Source of the DNA: the human T2T-CHM13v2.0 reference genome, Homo sapiens | Assembly (NCBI RefSeq): GCF_009914755.1 | Contig: NC_060937.1 | Reading direction: 5' to 3' (one strand) | Length of the DNA: 64,000 bases | In this document: in pieces, positions 16,940 through 41,390 of the stretch | Layout of the letters: the number at the start of each line of letters is the position of its first letter | How positions within the stretch are numbered: position 1 is the first letter of the stretch | The notes under the pieces: generated by a model | The model's database searches: none | What the model was told of the DNA's origin: nothing | What the model saw: only the letters and a program-made list of their open reading frames with translations | Made by a program: the position numbers and the translations under genes

Positions 16940-17310
16940 TAAAATTAAATGCCAATTTTCCCCCTTACCCAAACTCTCCGTGGCTCTCCTTTGCCCTCAG
17001 AGTCAAGCCCATGCTTCTCACTGTGGGCTCCAGGACCTAGGTGGCCTGACCAGTGCACACCCTATCACGATCTCCTCCTCTGCCCACTTGCTCACGCTGT
17101 CCAGTCACACACACTATTTTTGCAAATGCCAAGCTCCTGATCACCGCTGGGCCTTTGCCACTGCAGTTCCGCCTGCCAGGACCAGTCTTTCCCTAGACCT
17201 TCCCATTCCTGCCTCTTCCTGGCTTGGCTGCCTCTTTCTGGTGCTTCAGGTCTCAGATCAAATGTCACCTCTTCAGAGAGGACTTCATTGAAATCTCTGC
17301 CTAACACAGC
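16940..17310 (+). mobile_element. L2 3' fragment
   Basis: gggcctttgccactgcagttcc and cttcaggtctcagatcaaatgtcacctcttcagagagg are L2 hallmarks. Confidence 0.75.
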
Positions 17311-18527
17311 CCGTATCAAGGTCAACACTTTTCTTTTTAGACTTAGGTTTTGATATAAAGAAGTTTCATAAAAATGACTTGGGCAGCTATCATCTGTTTA
17401 AAAGGTCTGACTTTGCTGAAATAATTTGGGCTTTCCTGTTCTTTGAGTTTTGATAAAACAACTGTAAAACCATCTGCCTTTTTAAAAAAAATTGAGATTG
17501 ATGTATACTTTCTGTTATTACTATTTTTTTACATTCTGTCTCCCAGGCTGGAACACAGTTGCTCATAGCTCATTACAGCCTCAAATTACCTTGCCTTTGT
17601 AACAGTAGGTCCTCAGTCACCTTTCTCATCTACAGATGTTGGTTTACTTAAGCTTTCTAATTACTTGGAGGTCAGCTTAGCTCAGTGGTTAGCACAAGTA
17701 GCTAATAAATGCTCGAGTATGAGGGTGCAAAGAAAGGGGTAGGGAGGTGCAAGACTCTTGGCTTCAAATGCCCAGTCCCCTACTCATCTGCTCAGGCCCC
17801 TGTCTAGCCTCTGTATCTAAGCCAAACTACACGCCTCCTCCCCTGAGAAGCCCTCTTGGATTTCTCCTGTCCCGTCTTCCCTGCTCTATCCTCGGGTGAG
17901 TGGATCCACCCATCTGCCTCTGTGCTGGGCAGATGCCACTGCTCTCTGCTTTCTGGCTGGACAAGGCAAGGGGGCAGGTGTGTGTGTAGAAGTCCCCCTA
18001 AACCTTGGCCTTTGCCTCATGCCTGGCGCATTCAACCTTTGCTGACACCTCCACAGAAATACCAACCTCACCAACATCTGCAGAATGGGCCGCCAGGGTC
18101 TGTCTGGAGCTTGGGTGGGATTTTCACTTGACTACAAATACACACACATACACCCTAGGCTTCCAGGTCTGCATTCCTTGGCTGGCTCTTCACACTTGAG
18201 TCCAAGACAGGTCAATGGTTAGTGGCTGGATTTGCAAGCATGTGTGTTTCTGGGCAGGATATCAGCTGGGGCAGTCTGAGAGGAAGCTGTCAAGGGAAGC
18301 TAAAGAGGAGGGAGTCAGTCACGTCTCTCTTCACCTGTTGCACTCTCTAAATTTTACTGTCCACTCCTAGGCCTGATCTAGAGGGCTGTCTAGTCTAGGG
18401 GAGACAAAGTTGGATGTATCTACTGCCAGCCCCATGGGGTCAGAACTACAGGGGAAGGATGGGGACTGTGGGATTCCAGAGGAACAACAGGGAGGGCTTC
18501 TTGGAGGAATGCTTGTTCTTGAGCTGA

Positions 18528-18793
18528 GTTTTTTTTTTTCTCTGTAGCTCAGTCTGAAATGCAGTGGCACAATCACTGCTCACTGCAGCCTTGACCTTCC
18601 ACGCTCAATTGATCCTCCTACTTCAGGGTGGGACTACAGGCACATGCCACCACACACAGCTAATTTTTGTATTTTTTGTAGAGATGGGGTTACATCATGT
18701 TGTTCAGGCTGGTCTCAAACTCCTGGGTTCAAGTAATCCTCCTGTCTTGGCCTCTCAGAGTGCTGGAATTACAGGCATGAACCACCTTATCTG
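18528..18793 (-). mobile_element. AluJ
   Basis: ctcactgcagccttgacc, tttttgtagagatgggg, ctcctgggttcaagtaatcc. Confidence 0.85.
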
Positions 18794-19570
18794 ACCTGAG
18801 CTGAGTTCTGAAGTGTGAATAGGATTTGGCTAGGTGAAGAAGGGAAAAAAGGACCTTCTAGACAGAAATATTTGTCAAAGATAGAGAGAAGCAGGCAGGA
18901 GTTGATTAGGGCAAGGTGTTTGAATGTCAGGCTGGATGCAGAAATTTTCTCACAAGGTCAATGTGGAACCATGGAGAATGTGTGAGCAAGGGAGGCCATG
19001 ATTAGAGCTTGATCTCTCAGGGGCAGAGTGGGGGACAGCTTGGTTCTTTGGTGATGGGATCAGGAGAGTTCCAGTGTCATGGGGGGTCAGGAGAGTTAAG
19101 CCCCGCATCAACTCATCTGCACCTGTCACCTCGCACCAGAGTTGGTGGGGGACCTCCTGATGTTCTGGAGGGCCAAATAAGCCGTGGGATCCAGTGACTT
19201 ACAGTGTGAGGTACAGACCAGCACAGAGAGGGTACCGCCCCAGGCTCTGCTCAGATGGACACAGCCCTGACCTCATCTCCAGCCTCCTGCCATCTCCACC
19301 CCAGCCCTGATAGTCCTGCTTTCCATGGTAGCCATGAGCTGCGTGTTAAAATGATAAATCAGCCCCATCCCTTCTCTCCTCAAAACCCTCTCATAGCTCG
19401 TCTTTGCTCTTAGACTAAAACCCAGAGCCTCCTGCAGCTCAGAAGGCCCAGTGTGGCCCAGCCTCTGTGGCCTCTTGCCCTCCCCACCCACTCCAACCTC
19501 ACTGCTGTTTCTCTCCCCCTTGGGATCTTTGTACCTGCTGTTTCTTCTGCATGGAATTCACTTCCTGTCT
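18794..19570. mobile_element. L2 fragments in both orientations
   Basis: gagctgagttctgaag...ggaaccatggagaatg (minus) and ctcaaaaccctc...tgtacctgctgtttcttctgc (plus). Confidence 0.55.
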
Positions 19571-20819
19571 CAGCTCTAGGACATCAGTCCAGAAAGGCCC
19601 CCAACTTCCTGCCTCTCGGGGTTCCCCTGTCACGTGACCTCTGCACTAGCCATAGTGTCCCTATAACTAAAATTGAGACAGATTGAGAAGGGGCTTAGTT
19701 GAGCCTTCTATGCCCAAGAGACTCAGGCCCAAGCTCAGCCCCAGTCCCGGCTCTCATGAGACCACATGCATAGGGGTCATTTGGGGGATTATCTTGGCAC
19801 TGGGTCCTGTGGGATGGTGTCACCTCCAGCCTCCAGGGACTCATCCTAGCCATGGGAATGTGTCCAATTCCTGCCCAGGACTAAAATTAGCCCTGGAGAT
19901 TACATTTAGTAAGTCAAGCTGGAGGTCAGGGGCTGGAGCCCACAGCCTGGGCTCTGCAGAGCTGTGGCGGCTCAGAGACTCAGCCCAGAGAACATGGAGG
20001 TATGCTTAGGGTCACACAGTGGGCCACAAGTGCCACCTGAGGTGTCAGATACTTGTGGGCCTGGGACACCTGGATGATGAAGGGTCCAGCATAGGCTGGA
20101 GCAGTGCCAGAGGTTGGGGTTCTGAGAATCATCTGTGGCCACTCCCAGAGAATGACCTGAATTTGCTGAGAGTTTGTTGCCAGGCCTTGTGGTGGGCACT
20201 TGGCATTTATTGCCTGCCATAGAGGTCTGTTACCTGTCCCATTCACAGAACAGCACAGAGAGGCCTAGAAATCAGCCTCCTACGCTGAGAGCCACCTCAA
20301 GGGTCATAGAAGAGGCTGGGACCCAAGCATAGGCCCATGTGACTCTGGGGAGTCACTCATCTGAAGCCTCAAGTCATCTGTGACATGGCAGAGGCTGGGA
20401 GGTGGAGTGTATTCACACGGTTGGCAGAGCAGGGATGTCCCCTGGGGTTCTCAGGGGCCTGGGATGGCATGCCTGCTGCGGAACGGCAACATGATTTCTT
20501 CCTATGGAGGAACCTTGCATGGGGGTGCTGGAGAAAGCCTTGTCCCTGCCGTGGCCCAGTAACCTCCTGCTTCTGAGACCCCCACTGGGGGATGCAAGAT
20601 TCCTTGAGGTGGGGTCCAGGGTTTCTCCTGAGTCACCAAGTGGACCCCTGGACCTAAACTCTGGTCTGAGGGCTCCAAGCCAGAGTCTTTCCAGGGAATC
20701 CCTGTACTCTCCCACTGGAACAGGGCTGGTTTCCATCATTCTCTTTTCAAAAACAGAAAAAAAAATTAGCAGAAATAATTCACTGGTGGTTGGGGGGAAT
20801 TGGAAGATTCAGATAATCA

Positions 20820-22272
<1,453 letters not shown>

Positions 22273-22282
22273 TTTAAAAATG

Positions 22283-28462
<6,180 letters not shown>

Positions 28463-29269
28463 CATGTTTTTTTTTTTTTTTTTTCTGATTTCAACTTGAC
28501 AGCAGAACTCAACCATGCTGATGGTGCAGACACATGTTGGTGGGAACTTTTCATTGTTTGATTCTGACATTTATGATAAATGGATTCACTTACTAAAGTT
28601 TTGTAGAGAGAGTAATAACCATGTAATAACCTAGATCATATTTCCTTTATAAAATCAAACATACCTGGTGGTTTTAGAGCAATATTTTTTACCTCAGTCA
28701 CTTGTGTTTATTAGACAAGAATACTAAGTGTCAAGATGTTTGCATTGCCTTTCATATTTTTATTTAGGGGACAGTGTAATGATAAATGACTTTGAATATA
28801 TAACCAGACACACCTTCATCCCCCCCCAAATCTGTGCTAATTTACTGTTTTTTATATTTCATGCATGAAGCTAAATTGTTTTTACCCATGGATTAAAGCA
28901 AAATGATACAATGATACCTGAATCCTTGCCAAATAACATGAAATGGCAACTGCAAAATTGTTCTGCAAAATTTTACAAGGTATTATGGTATTGAGGATAT
29001 CCCAAGAAAACTTGAGAGGCATTATATTTCTCATTGGAGACTGACATTCCTGTATCAAGTAAAGTCTCAGGAAAAAGAACCAGGTGTGACTATTTTAATG
29101 CAACCTCTTGGTTGAAATAAAATGATTAAAAGTAGTGTTTATCTTGTTGATAACTGAGAGGCAAATATTAAAAATTTTGCTCTGAGATGAAGAGAGTTCA
29201 CATGATAAGTCTCTGGGATGTGAACTAAACTGGGAAAGCACCAGGACCATTTCTAAGACATACAGTTAA

Positions 29270-29530
29270 TTTGGGTTTGGATAAACAGAATAATGTTCCC
29301 CACTCCCTAAAAAAGATATTTACATCCAAGTTCTTAGATACTGGAAATACATTACAATTCATGGCAAAGAGAATATAAGGTTGCAAATGGGATCAAAATT
29401 GCCGATATGCTGATGAAAAATAAGAAGACTATTATGAATTATCATGGTGGGCCCAGTAGAATCATAAGCATCAAAAACCATGGAAGAGTGAAGAATAAAC
29501 CATATCAAAGTGATAGATCATGAGAAAGAC
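29270..29530 (+). mobile_element. MLT1-type MaLR LTR fragment
   Basis: gaataatg...aaagat...catggcaaag...ttgcaaatgggatcaa...attatcatggtgggccca pattern. Confidence 0.55.
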
Positions 29531-30010
29531 TCAATTGGATATATTTTTAATTGTTTGCTTTAGTGAGTCTTTCCACTTTAGCATATATTTTATTCAATTC
29601 AACTGTGCAAATGTGATTCATTTTATATGCCTGTCACTGAATTGGGTGCTAAAAATAAAATGAGAGAACAAAAAATAACAAAAATTGATTTCTAAAGATG
29701 GAGGGCAAAGGGCATTAGGAATATAGATAGTGTGCACCCTATACAGGCATGATTGTAAATGTATTCATTATATATAGAAAGTAATAATTATATATATATA
29801 AAATTATTTGGCTTAGAAAAGAGTGCAGGGGGTACATTATCAATAATTTAGCGTCAAGGTTAATCAAGAATAAGTGAGTAAAATAAAAATAATAATGATG
29901 GTAATAATTTCAAACACTGAAGAAAGAACATTGATGATATGAAGTCATTTTTTTTCAGATCTACAAAATATGTTTCTTCTATGCCATTAGGATGAACACA
30001 GTTTTCACTT

Positions 30011-30573
<563 letters not shown>

Positions 30574-30574
30574 A

Positions 30575-31106
30575 TTCATTAAATAGCTATTTCATCCATG
30601 AGATAGCACTTGGATGAATGAAGCCAATGTATTGATATTCAAGTTTATCTAGTTTTTATAACAAAAATCAACAAAAGATATGTCTTATGCCTAATAGTAA
30701 CAAAGAGAAGTAATTAGTCAATGTGGTTTATCCCAATTCTAGCTTTCTTTGCTTCATCCAGTAGTTCCTGGAGCTGCCAAAATCAAATCCTTTTTGTGTA
30801 AACATGCTAAATGCATCTGAAGTGAGTTGACTCAGGTTTCCTCAGCAGAAACCCCAAAATTACATAAATAACTTCTTCTTTTCCCTCCTTCCTGCCTCAA
30901 AATCCCTCTTGCTTGAGGAAAATAATTGCTACATCAGTGATCTCATTGGTTCTCGTTCCACAATTTTACTGGTTATTACAATAACTTTTCCGTCTGTTTT
31001 TAGCAATACGATGTGACGTCTGTAAAATCTATACTTCAACTCATTCTCCTTCCACCCTTGGTGAAAACGTGCTGTAGAATTAAAGCAAAATTATGCTGTC
31101 CCCTGA
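30575..31106 (-). other. Probable ANKRD36 tandem-repeat-unit intronic sequence, inverted
   Basis: Minus strand reads caggggacagcataattttgctttaattctacagc...gtagcaattattttcctcaag...gaaaagaagaagttatttatg, which I recall from ANKRD36 repeat-unit introns. Confidence 0.55.
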
Positions 31107-31107
31107 T

Positions 31108-31140
31108 CCTGGGCGACAGAGTGAGACTCTGTCTCAAAAA

Positions 31141-31170
<30 letters not shown>
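31108..31170 (+). mobile_element. Alu 3' stub
   Basis: cctgggcgacagagtgagactctgtctc plus A-rich tail only. Confidence 0.85.
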
Positions 31171-31173
<3 letters not shown>

Positions 31174-32171
31174 TGGCATTTATAGCTACAATTATTTATA
31201 ATAAATCTTGAAATATTTTATTTTAGTTCAAAGGCCTTATGAAAACAATGTTATTCTATAATATATACTTAATGATATTGTAAGTATTTTGTTCCTAGTG
31301 ACATAGTTCAGCATATTTTCCCCTATTTCATGTTAATTACGTTTCAAATATTATGGAAAAGAAATAAAAGTTATCCCAATAGTAAATAATCTCAAGATTT
31401 TCTAAAAAGAGCTTTATAAATTTAATTTTCTTGACTTTTGGTGTCTTGAAATAGAAGATTATTTTTGTATGTATGTATCTACCTCACAGAAGTTATTGAT
31501 TTGGTGGAAGAGCACTAGGAGTAGAGTCAGAAAAGCTGGGAAAAATCCTGCAGCTTCCTTATATTTTTAACCTTTTGCTATAGAATTATAACTAAATGAG
31601 TTCATTGATTTGTGTGTGTAAAAGTGCTTAGTACAATGCCTAGACTTATCATTTATCAATAAATATCATTCTTAAAACTGACCATAAAAATATTAGAAAA
31701 GTAGAATATCTAGACAATATTTTAGAAAAAGGGAGCTTAAAGAATTTGGAAAATGTCATTCATCTGTCCAAATGTCTGCCAAGCTAAGGCTCTCACTACA
31801 GGGAGAGGTATAGTTTAGATGTTAGAGTGTAAACCCAATTTTTTAATGTGGTCATAGTTATTAATTCTTTATGCCTTGCAATTTGTTGTAATTCAGTAAA
31901 AGCCTTTTTTCATCCTGAAATTTAAAAAAATTATCTAGTGGTTTCTTTTTTGCTTTCATGGATTCACTGTCTTCAAATAAACTTTTGAACTTTGGGGAAT
32001 TTATGCCATATGAGGTTTGAGGTTTTGACTCAACTTCTTTTTTCCCATTTAGATATACAGTTATGGCAACCTCTCATTGTATAAATGTACGGGTTATTAT
32101 TTAATTTCAGAAACAATCACAATATGTTATCCTATTGGATACTAGTTACAAGTTTTCTTTGTTTTATTTAG

Positions 32172-32723
<552 letters not shown>

Positions 32724-32763
32724 TGAACACGTGCAAAGTGAGCTAAAGCAAAAACAGAGTTGA

Positions 32764-33134
<371 letters not shown>

Positions 33135-34488
33135 TAATATTTGGTTACAGCTGAATGTTGGATCTAGTTGAATATAAAAAAGGATACATATGATAAATAT
33201 ATCTGCTTAGAAACATTCCTTGTTTCCAACAAGTCAAAGTTAGATCTGAGAGATGTTTTCCTCTGATTAAAGTCAATGTGTCACTTATAAAATTTTAAGT
33301 TATAAAATGTTAATATAGACTAATAGTAATAATATAGTCATACTACTGAAATAATAATTTTAATGTATTTATGTTGCAACATTTTAAGACCATGATAAAT
33401 CAGATATATGGAAATGCTCATACCTAAAATGGTATTTTGAAGTTGATTCAATAAAGTGGGGTACTTTGACAGTTAATTTCAGATTTCCTAGATGAGCTGA
33501 AGTGTATTCCCTATTTCATAATTACTTTTCTTCAGTAGCTTTAAATATGTCTTAGTTGGTAAAATTTTGTTTTTCTTCATGTCAGTTTGACTTAAATCTG
33601 AAACTATTTCAATCTCAAGTTATGTATAGATATGATCATTCTATTTTCAAAGGCATTTAATTTCACTTATAATATGGGGAAAATGCAGTAAATTTTAGCC
33701 AAATCATATTTGATTTAATCTTCCCACTGGCATTTATAATTTACTTTCATTTTTAAATAAAAAATTTGCTCCTAATTTTTATTTCAAGGCTCAATTACTA
33801 TCATTTGGATATAACTTTGTCCAGGACAAAAAGAGGCATAGCTATCTGTGATTTATTAGTTTGACACTGGATCCCCATTTTCAGACTAAGGAGGATTTCA
33901 GACTAACGAGTGGCAGGACTCACATAGAGTAGGAATGGAGTGAGTAGGGAGGAGAGATATAGCAGCTGAGTCAGGGTGGGAGGTGGAGGGCAGGTTACTT
34001 AGAGCATCTAAGGCCACTGTAATTTTACTTTTCTTCTGAGATAGACATCTATTGGAAGGATTTAAGCAGATGATTTAACGTGAGGAACTCTGAGGTTGAT
34101 TTGAGTTTCTAATAAAAAGAAAGAGGGAAATCATTCCACAATGTATAATTTACTACCATCGGTCTCACCCACATACTCATTTATTTTTGAGACTTCAGGT
34201 TTTTAAGCATTGCAGATTCATCAGGGGAGGAATGACTAGTGGGCTGAATATGTTGTGTGAATAACAATACCAGTTTGGCAGGAAGATAACACCTTCTGTA
34301 TCCTTAACTGGATTCAGTAATACACAGGAATGTGTACATATGAGGAAAAGAAGGTGAATCGATCTGTGTGGTGATATTTTTTAAAGTATATGCTTTAGAG
34401 TTAAATATTATTAATGGTTTAATAATAAGGTGATTTGTAAAATCAGTAACAAAAATAACATCAGGTAGCTGTGAGACAGCTTCAATGA

Positions 34489-34656
<168 letters not shown>

Positions 34657-34697
34657 TAGCTAGCTAACTAATATAAAGTGTTTTGGGGTACTAATTT

Positions 34698-34805
34698 TAG
34701 TGGATGGCTTTCTTTTGTATTTTTATTATAATTAATTTTATTAAAATTTTATAGTGGATGGCTTTCTTTTGTATTTTCCTTATTATTAATTTTATTAAAA
34801 TTTTA
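34698..34805. repeat. Two-copy ~54-bp tandem duplication
   Basis: tagtggatggctttcttttgtatttt...attaattttattaaaatttt occurs twice. Confidence 0.85.
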
Positions 34806-35792
34806 TTATAACGCACCTATATCTTAATCTCTTTTATTCTGCCATTTTTTAATGCATATTTTTTTCTTAAATATTTAACCTTAGGAAAGTTGAGAATTAT
34901 GCATCATTTCTCACAGAAGTTGAGAGAGTTTTTTTTCCTGTTAAACAGTCTATTTTTAATGATTTCTCTGTTGGCATGGTGAGGCAAGCCAGATTAATTC
35001 AGAGGACAATGTCTAATGGAATGTTTCAGAAAATTATCTTATTTTTAGTTTCTACTTTTCTGAATGTATAAAGAACCTGTGTGTACTTATTTCATAGATT
35101 TCAGGTTAACTTGTTCAGAAAGGCCATTTTACTGAATAAATTTTTATTTTGATGAAAATCCTTACTCTCTATTGGGCTCAGAGAGCACATTTTGTCTCTA
35201 TATGAATATGGACAGTTAGCATTTGCCAACATGTATCTATTTTCTCTTATTTATAGAAAAAGCTAAACTAAAAAAGGGGTTATAGAAGGTCAGCAAAGGA
35301 TGAGTTTGAGATGTTCGGGTTGGTTAAGTGGGCATTTAGACAACAAGGTTTCTCCTTTGACATGTTTAATGGACATCTTTGCAGTTTAAGATGACGCTTT
35401 TAAATTACTTCTCTCCTAATGATGACTTGAGTCCTGCTATTCAATGGGAGAGTCAATAAGATCCTGTAGGATCTTATTTGGAACTGACTTTGTCGATTTT
35501 AATTTTGTTCCTGCTTGTTTTTAAATTTTCTTGTTGTTTCTCTAGAAAGGAAAGATGACGCTTAGTTTTAAATATTTAAAAATGTGCAAGTTGCTTTGCT
35601 ATAATAAAACTAAATGCATACATACAAAAAATAAAATTATAGTTGATGTGGTAGTGTTTGGAATTCAAAATATAAATGCTTAGCATGAGGTAATCCTTTA
35701 TCTTTCCACATTTTACCAGTTTGCAAGTTTGAGTATTTAACTGATAAAATGTAATTCAAAAGCAAGAAGAATGTTGTGTTTTAGTTCTAGAG

Positions 35793-35990
35793 CAGGGGTC
35801 TGTGAACTTTTCTGTAAAGGGCCAGATAGTATTACTTAAGACTTTGTGAGCCATAATATCATTGTTGCAATAACTCAAGCCCTGCAGTTATAGCACAAAA
35901 GTAGCCACGAACAATATGCAGATTGAAGGGATGTGGCAGTGTCCCACTAAAATTAATTACAAAAAACAGGTAATGGGATGATTTATCCTA
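35793..35990. mobile_element. MER58-like hAT element
   Basis: caggggtctgtgaacttttctgtaaagggccagatag terminus. Confidence 0.7.
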
Positions 35991-36518
35991 GATTCTGACC
36001 TTTTTTAAATAAAAAAGATTGTGATAGTCTAAAATATTTTATATATATTTTGTTGATTCATTCATCTACTGATGGACAATTAGGTCATTTCCAAATGTAA
36101 TTTTTTTTAATTCTTTGTTTTAGTTTCAAGAAATACAGGATCAACTTACAGCTACTATAAGATGTACTAAGGAGATGGAAGGTGACGCACAAAAGTAAAA
36201 TTTGAAGCAGCACACAAAATAACTTGAGTATTTATAAAGCAAGAGAGCACTGTAGTATGAAAATTGTATCAGTTATGATAATAAGTATGTCTTTGTGAAG
36301 CCAAAAAAGTTTCATCTGTAAGCTATATTGACATACATCATTTTTCTTCATTATTCCTAAATTTTGCATATTATCAACAAAACACAGGTAGAAAAATGAC
36401 ACAGTAGCCCAGTCATCTACTTTTGCGATTGCTAAGAATTTGTGTAATTATACCTTCAGAAGTTTGTTTAGAATTTACATGTTTTAAAAACAATTATATG
36501 TGAGAGTAATTATTTTAA

Positions 36519-36632
<114 letters not shown>

Positions 36633-36686
36633 TGATCTCTTAATTTCTGTCATACTGAAAAGGAATTTTATTTTTCCAGTAGGACG

Positions 36687-37040
36687 GGTTAAATGTCCCT
36701 TGTCCAAAATGCTTGGGACCAAAAGTAGATTTTTTTCAGATTTTGGAATATTTGTATATACCTAATGAAATATCTTGGGGATGGTACCTGAGTCTAAACA
36801 TGAAATTCATTTATGTTTCATATATACCTTATGCACATAGCCTGAAGCTAATTCTCTACAATGTTTTACAGTAATTTTTTGCAGGTAACAAAGTTTTTAC
36901 TGTTTTCCCCAGAGCCTGTCACATGAGGTCAGGTGTGGAACGTTGTGTTGCAGTTGTGGTGTCATGTCCGTGCTCAAAAAGTTTCAGGTTGTAGAGCATT
37001 TTGGATTTCAGATTTTTAGATTAGGGATGATCAATCTACA
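36687..37040. mobile_element. Tigger4 (Zombi/MER46)-like element
   Basis: ccaaaatgcttgggacc...tttcagattttggaatatttg...gagcattttggatttcagatttttagattagggatg. Confidence 0.75.
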
Positions 37041-37639
37041 GTACAGATGCTCCTTGACTTGCAGTGGGTTTACATGATAATGTCTCTTGTTTGACTGAAA
37101 CATTATAAGTAATATTTGATTTATTTCAGATGCTGCCAGGTGTTCAAGAGCTAGATGAAGGTATGTTGCCAAAATTTATGAATTAAATTCAAATCACTGA
37201 TTTCTGAAATAAACTGTAAGTAGTGAACGGTATTCCTCTCAATTGCTTGGTTAATACATGCTACATTAAATATTTTTTCTTACACACATCTAGTGAAAGA
37301 TGTGAAAACATAATCATTCATAGTGAAGGGTATACTTATGCTTTGTTACTTCATCATGTTCCATAGCTTTAAAAAAATCACAAGAAGTCTGTGTATCTCT
37401 TTTTTTCTGGCCCTACACTTTTCTTCTGCCACCCCTATAGAACTGTCAGCCTGCACACTGAAACTGTTCTCAGAAAACAAAGGCATCATCAACTTCTCAA
37501 GGTTAAGGTAGTGATTTAAGGCTAACAGACCCCACACTCATGTGATAATAATTAGTTAAGCAATTACAGGTCACAAGCAGTCACCTGACCAGTGACATTT
37601 TAAATCTCTAGTCATTGACTTTGTCATTGGTTTCCTTTT

Positions 37640-38125
37640 GCACCTGGGAAAAGTTGAAAATTCCTTAGCATGGAATCAAAACTCTCACATCAGTGTGGTT
37701 CTTGTCAGGTTATTCAGCCTTATCTTTCTCCACTTACCATACTCTGCACCTTTGTTCTAGCATCCAGCCAAACTAGACTACACAGAGCTCCACAGTGATC
37801 GTCCTCACCTCCAGCTCTTCGCATTTACTTCTTCCCTCTATCCTACATGTGTTTTCCTTCCCCTTCAGATATCAACCTATGAATTGCCTCTACCAAAAAG
37901 CCTACAATATTAACACAAACCTGGGCTAGTATCCCTTCTATGTCTTCCAGTAAGTGGTGTCTTATGCCTGTCATTGTATGTATGACTCTGTATGGGAATT
38001 GCCTGCTTGTTTTTTCGGATTATAGCATACAGTTGTTGAGGGGTGGACCGTATCATCTTTTTCTTGTTAATCCAGTGCTTGTCCTAGTACCTTAGCACAT
38101 GGTTGCTGAATACATGAATGAAGAG
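37640..38125 (+). mobile_element. L2 3' fragment
   Basis: Ends gtaccttagcacatggttgctgaatacatgaatgaa, an L2-type tail. Confidence 0.55.
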
Positions 38126-40005
38126 TGAGAAACCAGAAGCTCTGATACTTAACTGCCATGATAATGAAATCAGTGTGCAACTATGGGCAAATTATATTTA
38201 ATAGTAATTGCATATTGTACATATTTTTCATTCTTATTAACACTTATAAACTTTTCAACTTATACTGACTTTCTCTCAGTTAACTGTGAAATCATTTAGA
38301 TAAAGAATATAATTCTTTTTCATTCTAACTTCTGAATTTAAATCTGAATCCTCTATAGCAGGGGTCCCCAACCCCCAGGCCACAGTCAGGTCCATGGAGT
38401 ATACAGTTTAAGACCTCTGCTGTACAGCTATACCTCCATGCTTGCTTTCAGTGGCCATGACACTTTATTCAAATATGTAAGTTTTATTAAGACTGAGTTC
38501 TTAAAAAGAAAAAACCAAGAACCTTAGATACAACTAGTGAAGTATTGAGACCTGTCCATATTTAAAACCAAGCACACGATACCACTTAAAAGGTTCCCCA
38601 GAAAGCCTCTATCCTGAAATGCTTGAAAGTGAGCAGTGCTGACTCTCGATTATTACCAATTGCATTAAATATGACACTTGTTTTGTTTCTTTTGGCTATA
38701 AGGAGAAAATGTCATTTTGTATACGAGTGAGCACAGAGGAGAGAGAATGCGGGAAAGAACAGAATGGGCCAATAATTTTTTACTAAATACTCCAGTTCTC
38801 AGCTTTTTAAATCAACAGACAAAATGAATCACCTAAACCTAAAATCTTTGTGAATAGTATAAATTGTCTTTTAAATTAAATGCATATATTTTTATGTTTT
38901 ACTTTTTCAAGACAAAAGCGGGATATTAGTACAATATAAGATTTATAGAGGAGCAAATTTCTTGAGATAGGAAACCCTTAAAAGCAGTATTTAAAGTGCT
39001 TAAATACTGTCACATATGTTTAATAATCATAATACTTAATTGTGAGAACTAGGAGCTCATGTTACTACTAAAACCAAATAAAAATTCAATACATATTTGT
39101 TAACTCAATTTAAGGATGTTTACCTTAATACTGACAAACTATGGATGGTAACACTGACCACACTGAGAACAGGCAAGTAATCCTCCTTCTGCTCCTTGGC
39201 CAAAACTGCCACAAACTACACACATATCCTGAAGTTAAGAAAACAGAACATATTTTAAATGGAGACTAAGCTAAAAACCTACAAATTTTACTTTAAAAAT
39301 ACCTTCTTAACTAATATAGCTCTACAGCTAAATATTGGATCACTTCTGTGTAGATGAGATAAAGCAGAAATGTGCAAGGAGGAATTCAATGAGGAAGACA
39401 GTAAATTGTCAAGTTCAAACCTGATTCAAAGTGAATTTGTCACTGCTAGAAAACAACACAACCGTAGTGTGCATAGAGTTTTCTTCATCATCCTTATTTG
39501 ATGAAATATCTGCAGTAGACACCTATAAAAAGCAAAATACACAAAATACGAAGTTATATTTTTCACTTGTTTTACACTTAACTGGAAAGCTTCAGAAAAT
39601 TCATAATCAAAACATATATTTTTGCTAAGGTCTAGAATAACAATTCCAAATATTAATGCTAAGATACTACAGTAAAATGGAGTCATGACATTTTATTATT
39701 CACCTAATTCTCTCTTTAGAGGTAGAATTCCTATAGACCAATAAGTAATGAGAAAATATAATAAACCTGTCTTAGTAAGACTTGATTATGCAGAATTCTA
39801 ATCAAGAAACTATAAATGATAATATTATATGTATGTACACACACAAATCTATCACTATTTTAATGACACACACTTGGGATCTGCAATGTAGTTAGTCTGA
39901 ACTGAGATGTCCTGCAAACATAAAATACAGCACATAATTACATATTACATGTTGAAATGGTAATATTTTAGATATATCGGTCAAAATGGAAGGCATTAAA
40001 ATTAA

Positions 40006-40272
<267 letters not shown>

Positions 40273-40695
40273 TCATTGTAACTTATTAATGTGGCTACTA
40301 GGAAGTTTTAAGTTGCATATGTGGTTCTCATTATATTTCTATTAGCACTGCTTTGGAATATTATTTTGAATAACATCCAAATTTCAGTATTAGCCAAATG
40401 ATTATCAACCAATATTGTTCAGTCTGGACTTAGTTCTATTTGATTAAATCAACTAAGTACCCACTGGTTTGTTAATAATTTCTAGAGTGATTATGAAACA
40501 AAATAAAGCTCTGAACTAGAAGTTGTAGAAGACAAGGAGGGCACTGCCAAAATCATAAAATACAATCCTCTTTCTTTAAAAAGCTTACAATCGAAGCCTG
40601 GAAAGACAGTTGAAACACAACAGGTTATGTTCAAGGTCAAAACATAACACAACTGAATTACTTTTCTTGAGGAACAACTGAAAGAAGACTAACCA

Positions 40696-40998
40696 GCTGG
40701 GTGTGGTGGCTCATGCCTATAATCTTAGCACTTTGGGAGGCTAAAGTGGGTGGATTGCTTGAGCTCAGGAGTTGAGACCAGCCTGGGCAACATGGTGAAA
40801 TCCTGTCTCTACCAAAAATACAAAAAACAGCCCAGCATGGTGGCACACGCCTGTAGTCTCAGCTACTCAGGAGGCTGAGGCAGGAGAATCACTTGAACCC
40901 AGGAGGCAGAGGTTACAGTGAGCCAAGATTATGCCACTCCACTACAGGCTGGGTGACAGAGTGAGACCCTGTCTCCAAAAAAAAAAAAAAAAAAAAAG
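40696..40998 (+). mobile_element. Alu (Jb/early S)
   Basis: Full Alu body with long A tail. Confidence 0.9.
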
Positions 40999-41027
40999 GA
41001 AGGAAGTTTGGTTGGTTAACTAAATAG

Positions 41028-41390
<363 letters not shown>

